A DNA stretch of 64,000 bases from sequence record OK905446.1; one strand, given 5' to 3'. The notes under the pieces are model-generated. The model searched no databases. It had not been told where the DNA came from and was given only the letters and a program-made list of their open reading frames with translations. This document shows, in pieces, positions 20,795-29,530 of this stretch. Every line of letters begins with the position of its first letter. Position 1 is the first letter of the stretch. Made by a program: the position numbers and the translations under genes.

Positions 20795-22105
20795 TTAGTT
20801 TTCAATGTTGTACGATATGTCGTTGAAGTTCCATGTTATTGCACCCGGAGCGTAGTAGATCTCGTAAGTACTTGTCACTTCTGAAGACATGTTGTAGTTA
20901 ATATCAGTCGTTGCTGATAGGTCTGAACGAACTGACCAATCTACATCAAGCGTATCTGATGTTTCCGCACGAACTGACCAATCAATTGAATTCACGATTT
21001 CAACATATATTCCAGAACCCCAGTCAATGTCGTTGATTGTCTCAACCGAACTACGAACTAACCAGTCGATGTCAAGTTCATTCGATGCAATTGGCGTAGT
21101 GCCCCAATCGGCTACATACGTCGCATCAATATCACTACGAATATCCCATGCTAGTGCATTTTCATTCGCAGCAAAATCACGAACTGACCAATCAATTGAC
21201 AAATCAGAATCAATCAATGAACGGGTTGCCCAATCGATCATTAATGTATCTGTAATGCTGAATCGACGATTCCAATTAATATCAAGCTCATCTGTGATGA
21301 TCTCACGAGTATTCCAAGTGATACCGTATAGACTATCAACGCTGTATCGCCATCCGAACGTAGTAAGCGATTCAACTTCTGAACGAACATTCCAAAGAAT
21401 ATCGTGCGTACTTGTAACTGGCTCACGCTCTGCATGAATGATAACTTGCTCTTCATCATTGAAATTCAAGTAAATTGTTCTAATTTCGCCAAATTGAGCA
21501 TTTGTAGGCGGGTATAACCAACCTTTCATGCGCAAGTTCAGCGTCCATTCGATGTGTCTCATATCACCCGCAGCACCTTCGAACGTAGTCTCGGGTGTTG
21601 CTGATTCTAAGATAATCGGAATGTCACGCTGATCTACTACAACCTCATTCTCATCAAGTTCTTTGATCATTGTGTTGAATTGAGGTTGAAAGTATGGCAG
21701 TATCTGTTCTATAATCTGAAATGCATCATCTTGATGTCGCGTATACACGCTCACTTCAAATTCGAAGTCGTAAGGGACAGGGTTGAATAACTTGTTCGAC
21801 TTTGGTCGGTCTCCCGTGTAGTCTCGCGTCAGCTTACGATTTGCAATGTTAGTTTTTCTCGTGGCGTCATACGTACACGAGACCATGTCCAAGCCAATTC
21901 TTGGTAGCATTGTAGCTACATTAGCCACACTGCCGTCGCCGTTAAGCTCTTGACTATTCAAAGAAGCAACAAAGTGCTCCTTTGATGAAACTGTTATTGG
22001 CACCTTTCTATACCCGTCTCCGCGAGACACGTATATGTTAGAGAACAAGTTTCCCATCAAGAGAACGTATTTTCGTAGCGATCTGTGATAGAAATACCCT
22101 TTCAC
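20795..22105 (-). CDS. gp15: tail sheath stabiliser/terminator with Trp-repeat C-terminal extension
   Basis: GYFYHRSLRKYVLLMGNLFSNI, PVPYDFEFEVSVYTR, QIIEQILPYFQP; about 200-aa repeat tail. Confidence 0.9.
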   Translation of the reverse strand: MKGYFYHRSLRKYVLLMGNLFSNIYVSRGDGYRKVPITVSSKEHFVASLNSQELNGDGSVANVATMLPRIGLDMVSCTYDATRKTNIANRKLTRDYTGDRPKSNKLFNPVPYDFEFEVSVYTRHQDDAFQIIEQILPYFQPQFNTMIKELDENEVVVDQRDIPIILESATPETTFEGAAGDMRHIEWTLNLRMKGWLYPPTNAQFGEIRTIYLNFNDEEQVIIHAEREPVTSTHDILWNVRSEVESLTTFGWRYSVDSLYGITWNTREIITDELDINWNRRFSITDTLMIDWATRSLIDSDLSIDWSVRDFAANENALAWDIRSDIDATYVADWGTTPIASNELDIDWLVRSSVETINDIDWGSGIYVEIVNSIDWSVRAETSDTLDVDWSVRSDLSATTDINYNMSSEVTSTYEIYYAPGAITWNFNDISYNIEN

Positions 22106-22114
22106 GATGCCCCC

Positions 22115-22951
22115 TTAAAAACTGTCGAATGGATTACTGTTATTTACATTAAAGCCAATCGTCGCTTGACGTGGGTCAGTCGGTTGAATATCACTACCGT
22201 GAGGAACAACTTGCTCGCCTTCGTAGAATTTATCAACTTCATCTTCGATTTGAGTGATTTCCTCGCCTTGCTCGATGCCAATATCCCATCGACCGTCAAG
22301 TGCATTGATTCTGTCAATATCAATCATTTCGTCAGTGTCTGAACCAAAGTTTAATAAGTCGTCGATTGAATCAATAACCGCGTCTGGCTTCTCAAGATTG
22401 ATTTCTTCACCAGAGTACACGAATTTAGTCATTTTCATCTTGCGCATTGGCAAGACGCCATTCATATACCACGGATCTTCTCTCTCAATCCAACTAATCT
22501 CAAATAGAGAATTAGCAAGAGGGAAGTAAATCAAATCACCCATTAACGGCTGTTTACCGTCACCTTGTTGCGCGAATAATTTCGGGTTGATACAAACATT
22601 CATTTCATCGTTAACTTGAAACCCAAATTTGCTGTACCAATCTCCGTCGCCATCCCAACCCTCAAACGACTCGACGTAAAGAGCCATTCTGAAGTTTTGA
22701 GTAAATTTACTCAAAGGATCTTCTCCGAATACAAGATCGACCTTTTCCATTTCTCTACGCAGATACACACACTCAACACCACGGTTGATGATTGCCTCTG
22801 CAACAAGCATGTCAGTTAGATTCTGCTCATTTGTATGTTTCACCCAATTGAAGTACGGGTTGACAAGATGCTCATCATAGATCTTGTCAAAACCCTTTTG
22901 ACTTTCCAATTTAGCGAACATACCACCTGAGTTAGTGTCGTATGCGCTCAT
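22115..22951 (-). CDS. gp14: neck protein
   Basis: LVAEAIINRGVECVYLRRE, DLVFGEDPLSKF, GDLIYFPLANSLFEI. Confidence 0.93.
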   Translation of the reverse strand: MSAYDTNSGGMFAKLESQKGFDKIYDEHLVNPYFNWVKHTNEQNLTDMLVAEAIINRGVECVYLRREMEKVDLVFGEDPLSKFTQNFRMALYVESFEGWDGDGDWYSKFGFQVNDEMNVCINPKLFAQQGDGKQPLMGDLIYFPLANSLFEISWIEREDPWYMNGVLPMRKMKMTKFVYSGEEINLEKPDAVIDSIDDLLNFGSDTDEMIDIDRINALDGRWDIGIEQGEEITQIEDEVDKFYEGEQVVPHGSDIQPTDPRQATIGFNVNNSNPFDSF

Positions 22952-22954
22952 AAA

Positions 22955-23878
22955 TCACCCCATGAATACACCAAGCGGAACAGTCAATGACATTAGCTCT
23001 TCGCGTAGCCTCTCTATTTCTTGAGTAGCTTCGTCGTAGATCTCTTTACCGTCAACTGTGATACCACCTGGCAATTGTAGACCTTGGTGTTTCTTCAAGA
23101 TCACGCCGTTCATTTGTTTAGTCATAGCAGTTGCCATGTCTTTAACCCAACGCACAGAATATGCATTCTGCTCGGCAAACTGATTAGGGTTACCGATTGT
23201 GTTGTTCTGGCGAAGTATGCTATACGGGTCATCCCAGCGTTCTTGAGCAGTTGTATCTTCATACGAACCGATTGTCGCTGCTTTGTTACCGATGATACCA
23301 GTCGCTGATTCAGATACTAGCAATGCGCTAGGAACAAATGCTTCAACTACAATCAAATCACCGACTCTCAAGTTTGCGTTCACGCGCAATTGTTTATTGA
23401 CGCCATTGTACCAATAGTCATATTCAGGCGAAAGTAAATCGCTCAACATGTTCTTGTATGACATCAAGTTCCAATAATCGCTAAGACTACCCTGACCTAG
23501 CATACCTTGATGATATGAGTTACACGAACCAGCACCGGGACCGCCTGCAAGCCCCTGCAAGAAGTCACTAAACCAAGAGTATGTCGCGTTACCATCTAGA
23601 GTGAAGAACGTACTTTCAGCACGCAAGATTTTAGTAATTGCAGTTGCTGGAATATCTAAATTGATGATACCAGTCTGTGCTTGCTCTTCAGTCAGCGAAA
23701 TGATAGAATATGTCTTATTCACGCCGTCTGGATGATATTCAATGTAAAGTTCTAGCGCACGTGAAATACAGTCGTATACCTGATCTTCAGATACTTCAAC
23801 GTTGACAATAGGCGCACCAAGGCGCCTTAAAATCAAGTCTTTCATTTCACGAGGCGATGTAGCGTTATACGCTTGCAT
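22955..23878 (-). CDS. gp13: neck protein
   Basis: LILRRLGAPIVNVEV, LQLPGGITVDG, EIERLREEL. Confidence 0.93.
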   Translation of the reverse strand: MQAYNATSPREMKDLILRRLGAPIVNVEVSEDQVYDCISRALELYIEYHPDGVNKTYSIISLTEEQAQTGIINLDIPATAITKILRAESTFFTLDGNATYSWFSDFLQGLAGGPGAGSCNSYHQGMLGQGSLSDYWNLMSYKNMLSDLLSPEYDYWYNGVNKQLRVNANLRVGDLIVVEAFVPSALLVSESATGIIGNKAATIGSYEDTTAQERWDDPYSILRQNNTIGNPNQFAEQNAYSVRWVKDMATAMTKQMNGVILKKHQGLQLPGGITVDGKEIYDEATQEIERLREELMSLTVPLGVFMG

Positions 23879-23890
23879 AGTTGCCCCCTA

Positions 23891-25573
23891 TTAAAGTTTC
23901 ATAACAAATGATTCGTGTTCAATTGTTACCGCATCATCTGTATGAGCGTAGATACGAATCTCTGACAGATCGTGAAGATCTGCAATCGCTGGGATTGTAA
24001 CTGGTGTAACAACACCCGCACGTAGTGTACGTGTTGATTCAAACGATTCGTTGCTCATGTCATCATGAAGAATATCAATACGAATAGTCACAGTCGTCGC
24101 AGTAGGTGAAACCATAATCCAGTTGATTACAAGAGGCTTCTTGAAGTCAAGACCTTCACGAGTAATTACACCACCAGTAAATGTGAAACCAGTTGTATCA
24201 GAAACTGAGTTGAACAAACTAAACACGTCAGTAGGCGTAGTAGGCATAGCAACCGTTGCGGGCGTGTCTGATGTGATAAGTGCATAGTCTGCACGAGCTT
24301 CAAGCTCAAGAACACGAGCCCGCAAAGTACCAACCTCATCATCTGATTGACCGACTACAGTCAATAGACCATCAACATCCGATTGAGCAGAATCGATCAA
24401 CCCGCGGTTTTCTTGAATGCTGTACCATGCTGTGAATTCAACCGGACTATCGCGATCACCCAGACTCGCTTCAAGCGAAGTGACTCTGTATGAGATTGTG
24501 CCGGTCTCTGCGTCAGTAGCCCCAAGACGACTCCATAAGTTCGAAATATCGGTGTTAAACGTCGATAGACGAGCTTTAACCGTACCCGCATATACATCAC
24601 CCACTGAGTAAGAGCCAATATCGGCTGAAATGTCAGTCGTTGCTTGTACGTTAATACCAACTTGAGTGTTTGTATCTGAAATTGATTGCTCATTTGCAGT
24701 AACACGGTCGATCAGGCCAGTTGTAGGTGCTTCAACTTCTTGTTGCAGCAATGCAATGTCTGAAGTATTATCGCTAACTGCGCTTTCAGCGTCGTCAAGA
24801 CGCAAGTAAATCGAACGACCCGGGTCTGCGTCAACTGCATCACCAATTTCATCACGAATATCTGAAATCGCACCTACTTGTGAATTCTGCTCAAGATCAT
24901 ACAAGCGACCGTTAATAGTCAATGGGATCGCGTTCTCACCAATTTCAGCATTGATAGTCGCAGTTTTGTTGTACAGATCTTCGATTTGATATTTCATACC
25001 AGTCGGGTTTGTACTTGGCGACAAGTTACCGTTCACGTCATAGTTACGGTCATTACCAATGCGACGTTTGATGAAATACAAATCTTTTCGAATTGTATCG
25101 TTGTTCTCAACGTCGTTAGGAATGTCGTTGACATTTCGAGTGCCAATATCAGCTTCGATGTCTTCTACTGTACGATGTAGACCAGTAGCGATAACATCAA
25201 CTGTACTAGCAACACCAACGTTTGTTTGAAGATCGCTAAACTGATTCTCAAGAACGTCAATATCGAACTCATTTTGAGTTACACGAGCACCAAGGTTAGC
25301 GTCACCGCCACCCGTTAATTCGTTAACAGTATCAACTAATTCTTCAATAGCTGCTTGTTGTGATTTTGTGTTGTTGTGAGAGTTTAGAACGTTTTCTTGA
25401 ATCTGTACTCCTGCGCGGTTTAACACACCGTCAGAAACAGTGTCACCAGAAGCACCGTTGATGCTTTCGCCATTCTTAGCCCAGTTAATTCGAGTTTGAT
25501 CGGGACGTTGAGAAGGATCTGGTTGACCATTTACATATCTAAGCTCTGCTATGATAGGCTTTTGAATTGTCAT
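23891..25573 (-). CDS. wac: fibritin (neck whiskers)
   Basis: N-terminal YVNGQP...RINWAKNGESINGA...GVLNRAGVQIQEN, segmented coiled coil; synteny. Confidence 0.85.
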   Translation of the reverse strand: MTIQKPIIAELRYVNGQPDPSQRPDQTRINWAKNGESINGASGDTVSDGVLNRAGVQIQENVLNSHNNTKSQQAAIEELVDTVNELTGGGDANLGARVTQNEFDIDVLENQFSDLQTNVGVASTVDVIATGLHRTVEDIEADIGTRNVNDIPNDVENNDTIRKDLYFIKRRIGNDRNYDVNGNLSPSTNPTGMKYQIEDLYNKTATINAEIGENAIPLTINGRLYDLEQNSQVGAISDIRDEIGDAVDADPGRSIYLRLDDAESAVSDNTSDIALLQQEVEAPTTGLIDRVTANEQSISDTNTQVGINVQATTDISADIGSYSVGDVYAGTVKARLSTFNTDISNLWSRLGATDAETGTISYRVTSLEASLGDRDSPVEFTAWYSIQENRGLIDSAQSDVDGLLTVVGQSDDEVGTLRARVLELEARADYALITSDTPATVAMPTTPTDVFSLFNSVSDTTGFTFTGGVITREGLDFKKPLVINWIMVSPTATTVTIRIDILHDDMSNESFESTRTLRAGVVTPVTIPAIADLHDLSEIRIYAHTDDAVTIEHESFVMKL

Positions 25574-25612
25574 TTTTGTTCCCTTGTATTGTAAATGAAC
25601 ATAGCTTACTAC

Positions 25613-25620
25613 TATTTATA
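25613..25620 (-). promoter_or_regulatory. late promoter for wac
   Basis: TATAAATA. Confidence 0.8.
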
Positions 25621-25711
25621 GCAATACAAAGGATCAAGGAGGGATTGTCTTTATGCGTTAATAATAGCAGTTACATTCACGGGTTTAAACAAGTATTTAA
25701 TACTAATAATA

Positions 25712-25797
25712 CTAATATCTCTAAGTTCACTAAAACCCCTAATACTACTAAGATGATGCGGAATTTTTCCGCCTCTTTCCATTCTGCCGCTTCGCTC
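25712..25797 (-). repeat. 86-bp dispersed element, copy 1 (inverted relative to 52046-52131)
   Basis: Reverse complement matches 52046-52131 with 2 mismatches. Confidence 0.95.
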
Positions 25798-25800
25798 ATA

Positions 25801-25830
25801 CAAAAAAGGGTGAGAAATAAATCTCACCCG
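25801..25830 (-). terminator. intrinsic terminator after short tail fibre genes
   Basis: Minus strand GGGTGAGA-tttatt-TCTCACCCTTTTTTG. Confidence 0.8.
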
Positions 25831-25869
25831 TTTATTCATATTGACTTTCAAGCTATACTATGATTGTCT

Positions 25870-27291
25870 TTATGCAGTTCTTTCCCACATGTAAACAGTG
25901 TAGTACGGCTGAATGTTGTTGTGCGCTTGGTTGCCACCAACTGGTGACGTGTAATACAAGTAGTTATCTCGGTCAGTCTTACGAGAACCCGGGTTATTAC
26001 GCCCGTACTGATAAGCTACACCGAATCCCACACCGTTGCCGTCGTGATGTTCACCCCAACCCGCGTGTTTGTGAGACGGGATTGTTGCTTCAGTTAGAGT
26101 AACTTCATACTCACCGCCAGTTTGACGAATGTTGAATGTTCTGCCGCCATATGACCCCTCTGAAACAAGAACTCTACCTTGTGCTAAACGAGTCCATGTC
26201 CCGCCAAATAATGTTGCAGGTGATGTTGACACAAGAGACATGTAAACTGCACCGACTGGATACATGTTCAGCATAGCTCTAGATGCAATCAAACCATTCT
26301 GCATTAATTGAGTGCCAGAAACTGACTGAATGTTATTTACTTTCAGCGTTCCATTTATTGTACCGCCAGGTGCACCAATCTTTTCATTATTCAGCTTGTA
26401 TCCCATAGCTGCACTAAGTGCTTGTAATGGGTCATTGGTTGTTAAGTTGTTTGCAATCTTTGCAACACCTACGCGAGAACTATTCGCGCTGAATAAACTC
26501 AACGTGCCAACTGTCACTGCGTGATCGTTTGATGAACGAGCATTCGCAACTGTTGCGTCTGGAAGATAAAAACCAGCTTTTCGAGTTGTTGTTGCTGTTC
26601 TGAAGTTAAAACGATACGGCGAAATTGCAAGATTGTCTTCACTCACTGAAGTACTGTTAACTTCTGTTCCGTTTGCTAAACGAATCAAACCTTTCGTAGA
26701 TTCCGAAGCGTCTGATGCTGTAGTGTTAGCCCATACATCGAGCATTTGCTTGACTCGCTGAGGAGTCATTGCTACAGTTGACGATAATGAGCCTGTTGTA
26801 GTAGCTTGTGCTGATGTCGCTAGACGCACAGCACCCGGTGCAGATTCAGTCGCATAGAAGCGGTTGTTCAATGCATAGTTCAACGTCTTCAGCGTGAATG
26901 CGTGACTCTGTGCTGCTTCGACTGGCGCAGACGGTGAAACTGTATCAATCGTAGTTTCAGTGATCAATTTAACGAAACCAAACTGAACTTCAGTTGCAGT
27001 TGCGTGATTTTCCATCCAGTAATTCAGTGCGTACGGTGTGACCGCGCTCGTGTCATTCGCTGGGTTTGAAACTGCCGTTTCGTCGCTTAGTAATGTAATA
27101 CCTGCGACGGTCGTCGATGCGACTGGATAATCTGGGATTGGTGACAGCGCATGTTCTTGAATCAATTCAAGGCATGTCTGAAGATCGTCATTGCCGCCAG
27201 TCTGCCCTTCAAAGGCAGTACCAGCAACTTCGACTGTAACCGTACCCGCATCATCAATCACGTGGTTGAAAATTTGAGTTCCTTTACTCAT
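25870..27291 (-). CDS. gp12: short tail fibre, paralogue B
   Basis: PVASTTVAGITLLS, ASESTKGLIRLA repeats, YPVGAVYMS collar, HKH metal motif, GGNQAHNNIQPY. Confidence 0.85.
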   Translation of the reverse strand: MSKGTQIFNHVIDDAGTVTVEVAGTAFEGQTGGNDDLQTCLELIQEHALSPIPDYPVASTTVAGITLLSDETAVSNPANDTSAVTPYALNYWMENHATATEVQFGFVKLITETTIDTVSPSAPVEAAQSHAFTLKTLNYALNNRFYATESAPGAVRLATSAQATTTGSLSSTVAMTPQRVKQMLDVWANTTASDASESTKGLIRLANGTEVNSTSVSEDNLAISPYRFNFRTATTTRKAGFYLPDATVANARSSNDHAVTVGTLSLFSANSSRVGVAKIANNLTTNDPLQALSAAMGYKLNNEKIGAPGGTINGTLKVNNIQSVSGTQLMQNGLIASRAMLNMYPVGAVYMSLVSTSPATLFGGTWTRLAQGRVLVSEGSYGGRTFNIRQTGGEYEVTLTEATIPSHKHAGWGEHHDGNGVGFGVAYQYGRNNPGSRKTDRDNYLYYTSPVGGNQAHNNIQPYYTVYMWERTA

Positions 27292-28826
27292 TTAACTCGT
27301 CTCCAAATATAAACGGCGTAGAATGGCATCATATTTTCATGAGCCTGATTCCCTCCGACTGGTGATGTGTAGTACATGTAGTTATCATGGTCAGTAGCAC
27401 CCATGCCCACATTATTTCTTGAACCTGTATAGCCGAATGGCCAGTAGTCAACATAGCTATATTGAGTACATTTGTAAGTTACACCGTATGGGTTACGAAT
27501 CTCGTCGTATTTGATACATTGTGATTTAGAACCCGTGTATGCTTCACCCCAACTAGCATGACTATGTTTGGGCAATTGCGATTCCGTTAGTTTTACTCTG
27601 CTATCATTTCGAGTAGAACCGGCTGAGAAATAACGCTTACGAAGACCATCATTCCCTGTCCCTTCACCCATCATCGTCTGACCGCCAGTGATTCGATACC
27701 ATATCCCACCGAAAATCGTATTCGGATCGACGTTTGCAGTACAATGGAAAATACTACCAATTGGGCGACCTGCTAGACCAATTTTTCCATCTAACTGATC
27801 ATTCGGGAACATTTCTCTGTTCTCAGTTACATTGACATAATACGTACCGTTATAGTTCGTTTGTTTTTGTCTAGTAACTAGTTTACTGATGATATTGTCA
27901 CACTGAAGTGTTCCGGTAATCGTACCACCAGTAGGTCCCAATTTGTCTGCTAGATCGTACCCTAGTGCTGCGCTTGTTACTTGCGTGCTATCATTCAAGT
28001 ACGTAGCAGGTAATTGAAAGAATCCGTGATTGTCAGACGTACCTAATAAATTGTCTATCGTGTTTGGGGTGATTGCGTATTCATTTGCATCACTTGCGTT
28101 TCTATCATAGTTGTTTTGAGTTAGCTTAAACGCGCCTCGCTTTGCTTTAGCTGCCGAGACATAATTCAAGCCTTTCACGCTGATTGCGATTGATGCATCT
28201 GATTTGTTAGAATCACCGGGACCAACTGTTCTTAGAACACCCTTCAATGATTCAGTTGCTTGAGACCATGGGTTCGGAATCTCAGTCTTGATTAAGTTCC
28301 ACGTTCTCATCGGTGAAATGAATCGGTTTGGTGCGTATGACAGTGATTCAGCAAGCGTTGCAAATTGCGAAAACCCACGAGACTGATCAGTTGTGTCATC
28401 GTCAAGTGCGTTTCTGACTGTCATCATTTCTTCTAATCGACGATATGATAGCAATCGACTTGCGTCTGATGATGCATAAGTCCGAGTCAAATCAATTGTG
28501 CGTAGTTCTTGTAAGTTACCTAACTGAGTATCCGTTGCTGGCGATACAAACTGATCAACCCCGTCAAGAGTCTCAGGTGTAAGCACAGTTAGCAGATCGT
28601 CTAGTGCATTTGCCTCGACTTGAGTTGAATATTCAACCGCCCCTAGCTCAGTTGAAGTCGCATAAGGGAGTGGTGGCAATTCAGCTAACGCACTTGGGTC
28701 GATTTGCTCTAAGATACTCTGTACGTCACCGCCCGACTCAAAAGCTGCGCCAGGCGATACGAACGGTTGCAGGTAAACATATTGTGCCTCGTCACTAACG
28801 TGCGTGAATATGTTTGTTCCTGACAT
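27288..28826 (-). CDS. gp12: short tail fibre, paralogue A
   Basis: NIFTHVSDEAQYV N-terminus, ATESLKGVLR repeats, collar domain, HSH motif, GGNQAHENMMPF. Confidence 0.85.
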   Translation of the reverse strand: MSGTNIFTHVSDEAQYVYLQPFVSPGAAFESGGDVQSILEQIDPSALAELPPLPYATSTELGAVEYSTQVEANALDDLLTVLTPETLDGVDQFVSPATDTQLGNLQELRTIDLTRTYASSDASRLLSYRRLEEMMTVRNALDDDTTDQSRGFSQFATLAESLSYAPNRFISPMRTWNLIKTEIPNPWSQATESLKGVLRTVGPGDSNKSDASIAISVKGLNYVSAAKAKRGAFKLTQNNYDRNASDANEYAITPNTIDNLLGTSDNHGFFQLPATYLNDSTQVTSAALGYDLADKLGPTGGTITGTLQCDNIISKLVTRQKQTNYNGTYYVNVTENREMFPNDQLDGKIGLAGRPIGSIFHCTANVDPNTIFGGIWYRITGGQTMMGEGTGNDGLRKRYFSAGSTRNDSRVKLTESQLPKHSHASWGEAYTGSKSQCIKYDEIRNPYGVTYKCTQYSYVDYWPFGYTGSRNNVGMGATDHDNYMYYTSPVGGNQAHENMMPFYAVYIWRRVK

Positions 28827-29530
28827 TATGCAATCCTTCTATAGTAATAAACTGTATCTGGGAATGTTAGTGTGTCTGTGTAATACAGTTCCCACTCACC
28901 GTAACCTAAGCTCTTCTGACCGTCTGATGTACCCGTCACAACGCTTTGAGCTTGAATCCCTGTTGGACTACCCTCAGGGTCTAAAATGTCTGTGAGCGTC
29001 GATGTGTACGCTGTATTGTGCGGTCTAGAACTACGGTGTTTCAAAAGAAACGTGTTCGACGGTGCAACGTGGTCTGTTGGTACAGTATCAAACAATGCCG
29101 ATGCGTGAAGAGCCGTGAAGACCTTTTCTGCAATGTCGTTGTCTGAATCACCGACGTTAAGTTGAACTGATACACCATACAAGCTGATGTTATCTACGCC
29201 TGATGTTCCGCTATACGTGATTGTTTCATTGAACTGGTTCGTGTTGAACGGGTTCGTTGCGTCTGATGAAGCAATAATCGTACCTACTGGCATGATTGCT
29301 GCCATTGCAAGCTGCATGATAGCAGCTTGAACGTTTGGATCCCACGCACCCTCTTGAATCTCATCAATTGTCGAGTCGCCCAACACCGCGCCGCGGAAGT
29401 TGAAGCGATCACCCGGGAACAAGCCCGAGTCATCAATTGATGTTTGATCGAAGATTTTCATGCGAGAATCATTGCTCCACACTCGTGACGCATGTCTTGC
29501 TTTAGTTGTCATTATGCAGTCCTTAACCAA
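28826..29530 (-). CDS. gp11: baseplate wedge subunit/short fibre connector
   Basis: Synteny between gp10 and gp12; MPVGTII...LGYGEW...YYYRRIA. Confidence 0.8.
   Translation of the reverse strand: MVKDCIMTTKARHASRVWSNDSRMKIFDQTSIDDSGLFPGDRFNFRGAVLGDSTIDEIQEGAWDPNVQAAIMQLAMAAIMPVGTIIASSDATNPFNTNQFNETITYSGTSGVDNISLYGVSVQLNVGDSDNDIAEKVFTALHASALFDTVPTDHVAPSNTFLLKHRSSRPHNTAYTSTLTDILDPEGSPTGIQAQSVVTGTSDGQKSLGYGEWELYYTDTLTFPDTVYYYRRIA

Noticed and set aside
25651-25851. 66-aa minus ORF over repeat copy 1 (and 52087-52284 over copy 2)
   Set aside because: The two copies do not preserve a common ORF; the conserved feature is the DNA element itself.
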